64,000 nt of DNA from positions 6,200,001 to 6,264,000 of the forward strand of contig CDRNST010000060.1 in assembly GCA_977016875.1 (NCBI GenBank), given 5' to 3'. A program made the translations under genes and the position numbers. The notes under the pieces were generated by a model. The model saw only the letters and a list, made by a program, of their open reading frames with translations, made no database searches and was not told the DNA's origin. Positions 13,491-24,290 of this stretch are shown piece after piece. The stretch is from Pavona decussata. Taxonomy: Eukaryota. Positions within the stretch are counted from its first letter, which is position 1, and the number at the start of each line of letters is the position of its first letter.

Positions 13491-13702
13491 ATCATCCGGG
13501 TGAGTGTAGTCCTGATAAGGAATGTATGAGGAGGTGACATTGACTGACATTTTGACAACCTGAGCGGAAGTCATCATCAGAATCAAGTAAACTGTGGGTC
13601 GTCAATGATCTGAGTGCTTTAAGTCTTTGAGAGAGTACCTGGGTTTCAGTCTTGTCCAAGGAACGGGAAGAGATAATCCTGACCCAGTTGTCGTCTGTCT
13701 TA
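13491..13702 (-). mobile_element. Internally deleted Penelope-like retroelement relic (N-terminal ORF scrap fused to terminal repeat)
   Basis: Minus strand KTDDNWVRIISSRSLDKTETQVLSQRLK resembles the PLE N-terminal V-N-I/L-S-S-x-x-L-x-x-x-E-x-x-V-L-S-x-G-L motif, followed by the hammerhead-bearing terminus ...caggactacactcacccggatgat. Confidence 0.7.
13540..13586 (-). ncRNA. Decayed minimal type I hammerhead ribozyme
   Basis: Minus strand UUGAUU-CUGAUGA-UGAC(UUCCGCUCAGGUU)GUC-AAAAU-GUC-AGUCAA; stem I and stem II are intact, and core GAAAC is mutated to AAAAU. Confidence 0.7.
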
Positions 13703-13703
13703 T

Positions 13704-14057
13704 GTAGTAGAGTAGTTGTAGAGTCTTTATTTAGCGAGGGTAATACATAATGGTGCCTAGCACTCACAAACTTGCAGCCCTCAAGACTAAAATCAGTACC
13801 GACAAATAAATAAAAAGAAAAGAAAAAACAAGCATAAATTACAGATACGCTAGAAAATTAGATTACAATATACAAACTTATTACTATGAAAATGATAAAC
13901 AGATCTTTGTTTTTCAAGTAGAAAGAAAGTTAACATAATTGTTCTTAAAAGCACAAACACTGGCTTTCTTTTTCAGATTCACGGGTAGCTCATTCCACAG
14001 TTGAGTTGTTGTGACACTGAATGTCCGAACTCCCTCCATTTTTCTTGTAAATTTCGG
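13704..14057 (-). mobile_element. 3' end of a CR1/L2-group LINE (5'-truncated)
   Basis: Minus strand PKFTRKMEGVRTFSVTTTQLWNELPVNLKKKASVCAFK (ORF2 C-terminal LWNxLP motif), then a 3' UTR, AATAAA and a short CTA-type repeat tail. Confidence 0.8.
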
Positions 14058-14884
14058 TTTTTGCCCTCAGTACGTTGAAGTCGCGGACGTTACTGTTGAG
14101 TTTTTGGGCGGTGCTTTTCAGCTGTTTTATAAGCTCGTCTGTCGGCAGCAGTCAGTACAACAGTAGTATAGTCAATATACTGAGTAATGTTTTTGATTGG
14201 TAGCTGCATTGTAATGTTTTCTTCGACAAGAAACATTGCTCCAGTTTGTCCCTTTTCACTCACATGTGTACATGTTTGTGTGGCGGTAAACTGAAACCAG
14301 GCCCATAGAAAGACTGAAATTTTCACCAAGCCAGTAGCACAAGAACGGCCTATTTTACACTGTTTTACACGGCCCATAAAATTTGATGTGACAGCCGTCT
14401 AGGACCGTCAGTGGTTAGTTGGATTGCCTTCAAGATATTAATCAAGCGTGCACCGCGACTAGATCAAAATTTAAATATAAGACATAAATTTTAATGAGTA
14501 GCTCACGTCTTGAAAATGTAAAATGTCTTAAAATCAACATGACACAAACAACCACCACTGCTGGCAATAGACGAAATCTTTTTTTTACGAGCTTAATTGC
14601 GGAATAATCTGAACTTATGTTTCCCGAGGCAACTGTCTCGGTTGCGTTTATACAGACTACGGCCCAGGAAACCTAAAAAATACTGGAGAAAAACCACGAT
14701 GGACAAACAACCCAGATGTGCGCAGCGCAGAATTCCTTTCTCGGTTGATACCGTTGGTACACGAGTTAACTCCAATACTTGTTTATTGTAATGTTCAACC
14801 AACTTCTCATTTGCGCCTAATAATGGACCGAGATAACATTTTGCTGATATTGAAATTTAGTTTAACAATGTAATAAAGTTTTCT

Positions 14885-15078
14885 GCCAGGGTTCGATTCT
14901 CGGATTCGCTGTGTCATATGTGAGTTTAGTTTGTTGTTGGTTCTCGTCCTTGTTCCGAGCGGTTTTTCTCCGGGTACTCTGGGTTTCCCCTATCCTCAAC
15001 ACCAAATCAAACCAAATTCCAATTCGATCTGAAGAGTGCCCCCAAATAGTGTTTTGCGCTAAGGATATTGACACTTAA
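14885..15078 (+). mobile_element. 5'-truncated tRNA-derived SINE whose tail is split by the large transposon
   Basis: B-box GGTTCGATTC at 14890, body tttttctccgggtactctgggtttcccc, tail ttgacacTTAA that appears to resume as TTAAatgaagt at 20009. Confidence 0.72.
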
Positions 15079-16774
15079 GTGTCTGTCCATGATACAACCA
15101 GGCAGGACCAGGCAGGAGGTGATAATACTCAAATCACCGATTTGGCTCAAACTTGGCAGAAACATTGAGTGTCATGAACATATTCATGTGCTAAAACATC
15201 AACTCAAAATATTCCATTTTACCAGCGTTATGGGTAAAACCTGAAAAATGGCCATTTTGGCACAAATTTATGCATATTAATTAGTCAAACTCAATTGAGT
15301 GGTTAGACAAATATAATTGTGATCTGGAAATAAAACCCACTGAATTGTCTTGCCCACTGACCAGGCTTGTAGCACCGTGCTTAATTTCAATCGGTACCTT
15401 CGATTTTGTCATTTGCCTGAACCTGAAGTAAGAGGCTGTTTTAGACATTTTCACGAGAACCTCAAATTCGGCTTTTTTGTACCCAAATATCTCTAATGGC
15501 CAACAACCTAACTATGTAATTTAACTATAAGATTGAAGAGGCATATCATAACCTTCAAAATACGGAATAAAATTTTTGGGCAAATGAATAGTTTGTTTTT
15601 ATGAAGCAAATATGTATTACCACCTGAACGACTTTTGTCGATTTCATCAAAATTCATGTTGCAAAAAAATAAATATATATTTTCTGACTGAACATGAAGA
15701 GACACGTTATGTTTAGTTAAGTATTTTTTGACAATAACAATGACAAAATTTGGCGATATAAGTGGGTAAGGATTCAAGTTTGACCAAGCTATTAACAGCT
15801 AGGTCCAGCTAGGTTTCCCCTCTTTTCATACAAATATTTGCTTCCAAGAAAGCCTATCTAAAGAGGTAATCTCTTTCAAACAATTGCCACTAACGCATAG
15901 TAAGAACTAAAAATGCTAGTGGCTGATACATACATGTCTTCTCAGTGCACCAGACTCCATCCTAGCTACCAATTTGTATCAAGCCATCGTCAAATTCAAT
16001 GAGCCGGCTCGATCGTATCGTCTATATGCCTCGATTTTTTCAACACGGATCCACCATTACCATCAACTGATTAAAATTATCAGAACATACCATTTTTGTT
16101 TCCAAAATAAACAGAAATCAAGGTAAATAACTACATAACTGACATGTAAGCTTGACAGGAGAGGATTCGCTGTTTATATCCGCCATCTTGGTTGCCAAGT
16201 TATGAGCCTGCTTCGCGGTCAGCGGCTATGGCACAAGTTTGTCGCCGTTGAGAGCGCCACGAGCTAAAGCATTGTCTTTTTAATACAATTTATAAAACTT
16301 TATCACATTTCCTCCGCTTAACGAAAACAGGATAAGCCTAGAAGGGTTAGAGGACGTAACAAGAAAACTGAAAGCTATTTCAGCTTGTTGATATTCAACA
16401 TAAAAGGTGGCCCAACACAGTTTTGTACCTACGCCCCAATATACCATCAGTCTCAAATCATTCAAAACCGAATGCTCAAGACTAACAAGAAAAAGGATGA
16501 TAAAAAATAAAACCACGGAGATCGTGACTTTGGCAGTTAGTTGCCTTGTTTGTGCTCGCAACGTTGCTGGTTTTGAACCAGAGGCAAAGACAGAAGACAA
16601 TGAATAGTCCGGCCCTTAAGCAGCAGAAACATTGACGCCCCGGACGTCACAATGGCAATGTTTCCCTTTTCACGCTACGACATCACCAGTTCAACCATTC
16701 CATTCGTCCAGCCTATCGTCTGTCCGTTTGGTCGTTTTGTCGTTCGTTCAATAAGTCCGTCAGACAGAGTGGCA

Positions 16775-16846
16775 GACTGACCGACCGACCGACTGACTGA
16801 CTAACCGATCATTCATTCGTTCGTTCGTTCATTAGTCATTCATTCA
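16775..16846. repeat. Compound tetranucleotide microsatellite (GACT/GACC then CGTT/CATT)
   Basis: gactgaccgaccgaccgactgactgact...cattcgttcgttcgttcatt. Confidence 0.8.
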
Positions 16847-18382
16847 ATAGATCTCCTTGACAGACTTAATACTAATTTTGCAGTGCTACCATAATCTTTT
16901 TCTTCCCTGGGCGTTTCCGCTTTGAATATATCCATCTGATGCTGACGGCAACGTCTACAAAGTCCTAACGAATTATGCGAAGAATAAAACAAACAACCAA
17001 TTTACTTATAACAAACAAAACAATACAAGGTTTAGCTTCCTTCTCTTCAAATCGCACGGTACGGCGGAAGGCATGAATCGCATCGAGCGTAGATTCGTGA
17101 GTACAAGCGTCGCACATCGAACGCTTATCACTTGAATAAGATTTTCGGTGAGAATGGTTTACTCTGTCTCATTACATATTGTAATCATTAGAACGTACAC
17201 AAGTAAGGTCTCATGAAGAAACAAGTGATGAATCTCAACACGTGCAACACGTCGATGACTAACATACATCTTGCAATTTGAAATTAATCCAGCACATCTT
17301 CTGACAAAAACTAGTTTGAAACTAAACAAATTCCCAATAGACACGCTAACGCAACAACGAGGAAAGCTGCCCGCAACAGCGCAGTCAGAAGTTGATCGTT
17401 CATTTTGCCGCCAAAAAATATTTCCCGCCAAAAAATGTCTTCAGCTGAAAGGAGCGCTTTTATTGACTGAAAAGTTCACTGCTTATCATAACTTTTTGCA
17501 TACATGAAAACTTTCATCTTTCATCATATTTTTGCTTCTCATACAAAAGAATTACATCAAGTAGAATAGTCTGCTAAAAAATTGTTTGGCTGTCAGTTTT
17601 CACGCGAAAGCGGAAAGTGCCATGTCACGCATCAGCGCAGTCGTAAACAAAATTATGCAAATTTTTGGCGACAAAAACATTTTTACACCTTGTCAGCTTT
17701 GATAAGGTTTCAAAGGAAAAAAGTTTCATTTTAGCAATTCTCATCTGATAATTTATGGGAAAGCAAAAGGACCTTATCGATAAATCTCCATCAACTGTTT
17801 ATTACATACCGTGTAGAATTTATTGAAATGCACGTGACAATGCAAGAACCACAAACGCAACTGAATAACTTTCTTACCGGACGATCAAAACCTTTTTGGT
17901 ACGTCCATTGAATAATGAAGCATAACACAGACAACAAACTTTCTTTGAAATAATTCTTATTAAGCAAGAGTAATTCATATTTCAAATTATTTTTACTTGA
18001 AGATTGCGTGGACTAGACTACAAAGGAAACATTTCGGGCCTGAAATGTAATTCGATACTTTTTTTTCAAAAGATTTCCCTTTGTGAGATCAGCTTGAAAA
18101 ACGGCTTTCGGCTCACTCAAATCTACCTGAAAGTTAAAAAAATCGGACACGACTTTCTCTGCACGCTGAATTTCACTACTACTACGAAAATTCGAATGAT
18201 AATTCTCCACTAACATAGAAATGTTGATGATATTTTCGAGCGACTGTTTTTAGCTAACGTGTCTAAGAATTTCCGAGCCATCGCACAATTGCGTCGAGCG
18301 AGTGCCGCAAAGTCTGCTATTGTTACTTTGCACAGTGCTGAACCTATATAATCATGATAAGGAGATTAACTTTATGCTTTAC

Positions 18383-18779
18383 CTGCTCCTACTGGAACAA
18401 GTTTCTTCCACCTCTTCATTATTTCCTCAGAAATCTTCTTTGATACGCCCCTGTCGCATTTTCCTTTTCTTGATCCATGCAATGGGTGCAAACAAAAGCG
18501 AGAAGGGCGCCAGTTCAGTCCAAGGAGGTCTCGATACTTTAGGCAAACTGTCATACCTTCCCCTTATTCATTAAAGTGCCTTGTCCTCAGGAGTATCAGT
18601 TCACTTTCTGACGAAACGGATTTTACAGATTTTTAAGATGGAGTTTGATATCTCTCTTACATGAAGCTATGGCCGGGGATGTATTCTTTGAGAAGGGAAT
18701 ATTTTGGTGACAATCCACAGTATGTGGATTCTCCTCTGCCTATAGAGCATTTGAGAGGCCTCGGTGTTCGAGGTGGCAT
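18383..18779 (-). pseudogene. Disrupted first exon of a Cys/His-rich transposon protein (probable transposase N-terminus)
   Basis: MPPRTPRPLKCSIGRGESTYCGLSPKY../..SCKRDIKLHLK../..SESELILLRTRHFNE*GEGMTVCLKYRDLLGLNWRPSRFCLHPLHGSRKGKCDRGVSKKISEEIMKRWKKLVPVGAG followed by donor |gtaaag; two frameshifts and one stop. Confidence 0.7.
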
Positions 18780-21700
18780 GTTCAAATTTTAACACACTTG
18801 TTAATTCGAATCCAATCTAAACTCGTGCGAAAGACGCGCGAACACGCGAACGACACGCGATAACAGGTGTTAGCAACCGCAGACAGCACGCAGGCTCACA
18901 AACGCTTTTCCAAAATGGCGAAGTCAAAAGAAAACATACTCTTGCCAGATTTTGATGTCAATTATATTCTAAATGGATTTATGACAGCTTATTTACCTTA
19001 CATCCTGGAACGTTTTTGGAAACAAAATCGTTGTATTCACATTTTTCATCAGTTGATGACAATGTTGAAATAATCGAGGCATGCAGACGATACGAACAAG
19101 CCGGCTAATTGGATTCTATGGTGGCTGTGAGATAAAACGCTAGTTAGGATGGAGCCTGAAGCACTGAGAAGACATGTATGTATCAGCCACTACCAATTTT
19201 AGCACTTGCTATGCTTAGTGTGCAATTACTTCAAAGAGATTACCTGTTTCGATAAGCTTTTTGGAGGTAAATATTTGTATGAAAAGAGGGGACACCTAGC
19301 CGTTAATAGCTTGGTCAAACTAATCGTAACCCTCGGATATCGCCAATTTTGTCATTGTTATTGTTAGAAAACATTTATTGAACATTCCGTGTCTTTTCAT
19401 GTTCAGTCAGAAGATTGAAGATTTTTTTTTTTTTGCAACATGAATTTTGATGAAATGGACAAAAATCGTTCAGGTGGTAGTGCATATTTGCATCATACAA
19501 ACAAACTATTCATTTGCCCAAAAATTTTATTCCGTATTTTGAAGGTTATGATATGCCTCTTCAATCTTATGGTTAAGTTACATCGTTAGGTTGTTGGCCA
19601 TTAGAGATATTTGGGTACAAAAAAGCCGAATTTGAGGTTCTCGTGAAAATGACTTAAACAGCCTCTTACTTCAGGTTCAGGCAAATAACGAAATCGAATG
19701 TACCGATTGAAATTACGCACTGTGCTACAAGAGTGGTCAGTGGGCAAGACAATTCAGTGGGTTTTATTTCCAGATCACAATTATATTTGTCTAACCACTC
19801 AATTGAGTTTGACCAATTAATATGCATAAATTTGTGCCAAAATGGCTATTTTTCAGGTTTTACCCATAACTCTGGTAAAATAGAATATTTTGACTTAATG
19901 TTTTAACACATGAATATGTTCATGGCACTCAATCTTTCCGCCAAGTTTGAGCCAAATCGGTGATTTGAGTATTATCACCTCCTGCCTGGTCCTATCGTGG
20001 ACACGCACTTAAATGAAGTGTTTTGAATTATAGCGAAAGGATAAAATATTGAATAACATAGTTTGTTACGGTGGGCTAACTGCAACTTTGCCAACTTTTG
20101 TTGACAAGTAGAAAAAAGTAACCATTGCATTGAGCATTAAACATTGTCATTAAAATTCATTTACATGCAAGTTTCAAATAAAAATGAACTGTGGAAATCT
20201 CTCGGGTTCCCGGTTTGCTAGCCACCTCTACAAAAAAGCTACCAGCCACCATATTTTTACGCAACTACCTAAAAAAAATTGCGTTTAAATAAGTTTTTAA
20301 TCCAATAAAAAGTACCTCATTTGACGTGTAACTCATCTCTCAATCCAACACAATATTTCGAACATCGTACCAGTTAGCCGATTGAGTTGGTTCTTTGTTA
20401 GGCGCTGTTTTGATACGAGGGCCCATCTTCGCATGCGAGAGATTCGACTTAAACTAACTTCGAATTCATAGTCACAAAATTATTAAAAGAATGAAAACAT
20501 GTCCTTACTTGGATCTGTTGCTGTTCCATATTATCTTGAAAGCTGCATTTTAAGCAACGACAAAACAAACATAAATTTTTGTATTTCAAAGAAGACGTTA
20601 ATGTAACAGATGAAGTCTTCCATTCATCAGCAATGATCTTCTAATTAATGTACCACCTTCATTACAAACCACTCACGTGGTTCTCTGCCAGGCAGGAGTC
20701 AACCGAGTTTCTTTCAGACGCGAGAACGACAAAACAAGTGGTAAACCACCAGCAAAACGTTCCGGTTTTTATTGACTGAATTAAATAAGAAATTATCCTG
20801 GTTGTCTTCCAGCAGATTGTAAAGAAGGAAAAAAAAACTTAAATTGAGTATATTGTGAAACGGCTTTTGAGTAAGAAATTTCTCAACGTTATTAGGGTTC
20901 AAATCGGTTCAATTTGTTTGAAGTTTTGCAAAGTCAGCAACTGCGAACAATCAGCTTAGCTAGAATTTTTGACCTTGGTTATTGCTACGTTAAAAATTAG
21001 GCATTCTTCCGACACATCAAAACAGTTCACCGGTCTTGGCGGGGTGTCTTTTCTCTCCGGCTAAGGCTTCTTTGGCCTGGATTCTGTTCAATTCATTGAG
21101 TTGACTAGATTTTTTAAATAAGCTTCGCTACTATCTAGAATATTTATTCTTTGAATTAAAATGAAATGTAAAAAAAAATTGGTAAGTGCATATGAAACAC
21201 CACATTTTGTGTAAATATATATTCAGGGACAGTTTGTGTGCATGTTGATTTGGGCTTACGTTGTTTGGGCTGTTGAATTGAACCCATACAGAGCTGGAAC
21301 AAATGCAAACCACTTCCATTTCCATCCAAACCATCCGCCGCCAAAGATAATTAATACTTGTTCTTTGTAGGGTTATTATTCACAAAAGCGAAGCATTATT
21401 TTAACATTTCCATCGATACATGTTTTTTTGCTATTCAAAGTGACACTAGCCTGAATAGGTGATACTGCTCCTTAAAATCTCGCCTTTTTAATGATAAAGA
21501 ATTTTGATTTCACAGCGTGAATGTGAATTTGGTTACAGTGGAAGTGCACTTAGCTATCCAAGTTAGTCTACAGACATTCCACTCAAGCCAAGCTGTGCAA
21601 TTAAGAGTTGTAAGTTGATTCTGCTGTCTTTCTATACACCGACCAAGCAAGAAAGACACTCGGTGTCTACGTCTACCTCTTCCTTCTAATTGTTGCACAG

Positions 21701-22964
21701 CGCCTAACTTATATATTTTAGCCTATGATTATCATTTTGCTGAATGTTAAATTCAAGCAATGTGCATGAAGTGTGTTCGACTCCACAAAAAAAAAAAAAA
21801 GAAAAGAAAAAAATGTTTGAGACCATAGACCTCAATACCCAATCGAGGCAGTTCGCGGAAACCGAGCTAGCAATGCAAGCTCCCCTTACAATAGGGGTTT
21901 CAGACAAGGCAAGGAATTTTCTTAGAAACCATAAGGGGTTATTTAAATAAAGATACCTCTTAAAGAGAGTAATAAATTAGCGTAGCGTACAAAATAGGAA
22001 TGTGAGCTTTAGAGAAGCAAACGTACAGGGTACATGTTTTGGCAAATTAGTATTATTATTACTCTCGTAAAGCTGATATTAAGTTGATGTTACACGAGCC
22101 GATTGCCAAGGACTAGTTTAGCAGAGCAACGCGATTATTGTTTAGTGTATGTCACACAAAGCGACACTTAGCGAAACATGCAGGGAAAAGCTGACAACAA
22201 CATGCAAGTTTCTCTGGACGATTTATAGTACAACTAATCTCGTTGCCAGACCACGCCCAACCCTGTTTCAGCAAGTGACAGAGACCTCCTTAGTATATAC
22301 TTCATGCTTCATTGTCGTGTTCAAGACTTGTGTGGGATGAATATTTGAGAGTTAACATATGAAAAACTCACATTAGATATTTCATAAAATCACCCTCATT
22401 TACCACTGCATTCTTCTATTTTGCCCGTGTTCTCCTGCTTACTGTTTCCCATGTTTTCTCTCACTTTGTTGTGGTCGCCTCGTTTTGAAGAGGGCAGCTA
22501 ATTAGGCTCTGGAGAAGCTGTGTGCAAAGAAACCGACGACGGGAGTTTTGCACAAAGCAACGTGAACAAAGTTTCTGATTTGGTGTTGCTAGTTTTCAAG
22601 CAGTGATAAACTGACAGCTGTTCAATATCTTATAGTTTTGTGTTTTTATGCTAATTTGCTGGGCAAAGATCGTTACTAATTATAGTCGTCTGCTGGAGCG
22701 TTATCAACAGGGTCAAATTTAAATTGAAGTCTGAGAATGTTGTTTGTTATGGAAATTATTTTGTTTAATGATTAATAACAAACAGGTGACTTTCGAAATG
22801 TATTTTTTTAATACATGAAAAACAAAAAGTAAAACTATGACCGTCAAAACATGTGAAGTCGTAAAACATTGATATTAACAAAGTAACTTTTTCACTCTTA
22901 GGGCTGATTGAGATATTATACATAAAATAATGCTCCAGGTGAACCGACCGGCCAAAGAGATGAT

Positions 22965-23055
22965 AGAAAGCCAAGGGGGCACCTAGCGCCGAGTTGGCTA
23001 CGTTAAACCATCCCATATCCAACAAGTGCAAGTGGAATAATTGTTTCACTAAAAG
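22965..23055. repeat. Fragment of a dispersed repeat (tagcgccgagttggcta..catatccaacaag..gtggaataattgttt)
   Basis: Recognised from memory as a common cnidarian non-autonomous element end; no second copy in the window. Confidence 0.4.
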
Positions 23056-23805
23056 AAACCAAATATATTCCCTTTAGAGGATATTGCGTTTCACGACAAT
23101 CTCATTGGTTCTCTAGTCAAGACATATCAGAAAATAAACAAAAAATAAATAAATAAAGTCAAGTACAGTTTCTAATGATTGTTTCCTTCATTTTTCTCGC
23201 GATAATTTGTATATTATTATGTGGTTGATTATGCAATCAACAAAGTCTTTAGTCAGTCTCATCGTACATGAAGTCATGTGGGTTCATGTACGACTCGAGT
23301 TTGTTGAACAATTGTTTCAGAAATATCTGCTTCAAGCGAAATCGTCATGAAATTTGCAGTTTTGAATATTTTCTGAGATTTTGGAAGAAACAGACATTTG
23401 TCTTATAATCCTGTCATTATTTCCAATTTGCCAAATGTAACCAATTTCCAAAATAGATCTCTCAACTATTTACTAAATTAGACAGATATCCACTCTTTCC
23501 TGAATTAAAATATCTATATTCTGACCGGCTTTCTGACCAATAATTGGTTTATCAACAGAGTTTTGTGCTTATCAGTCTTTCTTATTGTACTCGAGCTAAT
23601 GGTTGCAATTTCGTAGTTCACAAAGCAGGGAAGATACCTGTAATTCTTCAGGTTGCAAAGAAATTAAATACGATACCCTGTAAGCGAAATTAAGACGGAA
23701 ACATCGTCTTGCAATTCAGAAGTAGGCTAATAGGTACATTTGTACACTTTTTTTGGATTAAGGCATGTATCGAGAGGTTTATCTTTGTTCAATATTCTTG
23801 TAATC

Positions 23806-23860
23806 CTTCTCCTCCTCCGCTCCTTCCTCCTCTTCATCATCATCATCATCATCATTATTA
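23806..23860. repeat. Compound (CCT)n/(CAT)n microsatellite
   Basis: cctcctccgctccttcctcctcttcatcatcatcatcatcatcattatta. Confidence 0.8.
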
Positions 23861-23945
23861 TAATATGGTAACAGAGTTCTCAACTGGATGCTAAAAATTA
23901 GTAAAAAGCTGTACAGGGCGCACAGCGTAACCTGTGAGCCCAGGA

Positions 23946-23946
<1 letters not shown>

Positions 23947-23999
<53 letters not shown>
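23947..23999. repeat. (TTA)n microsatellite, ~17 units
   Basis: Perfect run directly after a GC-rich hairpin. Confidence 0.95.
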
Positions 24000-24000
<1 letters not shown>

Positions 24001-24290
24001 TAAACAATATATAAAAAAATAATAGCGTAAATGATAAATACAAAGGAACGGTAAAAACGATAAAAGGTATTTAAAAGGTATTTAAAAGTGAAATAATTAA
24101 ACAAATAACTTCGCGCGGATCGAGTCGCATTGTTTGTTCAGTTTCGGCTTTAGGTCGCGATAAACAACATCTCGAAGATCAAGCAGTCGAGTTTGCTCTG
24201 ACACTTTCTCAGGATTCTGAAGTTGCTTTTAATGGTCTCTGGATCCTGTCCATGCTCGTCCTTTACATGATTGCCAATTGCGGTGCTGTT
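24000..24290 (-). mobile_element. Penelope-like retroelement relic, GIY-YIG endonuclease C-terminus plus 3' flank
   Basis: Minus strand STAIGNHVKDEHGQDPETIKSNFRILRKCQSKLDCLIFEMLF(frameshift)RDLKPKLNKQCDSIRAKLFV* with the stop at 24097-24099; matches the PLE H..H...F.IL...E..I..LKP.LN pattern. Confidence 0.82.

Larger units (their letters stand above)
15079..20008. mobile_element. 4.93-kb non-autonomous DNA transposon with ~0.87-0.89-kb TIRs and TTAA TSD (Sola3-like)
   Basis: TIRs 15079-~15968 and ~19141-20008 align over their full length (about 90% by eye); TTAA at 15075-15078 and 20009-20012; GTG...CAC termini; internal transposase-like pseudo-exon. Confidence 0.9.

Noticed and set aside
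16200-16607. Possible second decayed gene inside the transposon
   Set aside because: Multiple stops in all frames and no motif I can support.
21510-21570. EGF-like scrap RECEFGYSG on the + strand
   Set aside because: Too short, followed by an in-frame stop and lacking the other cysteines.
23709-23894. ORF with poly-Pro/poly-His
   Set aside because: Translation of the CCT/CAT microsatellite.
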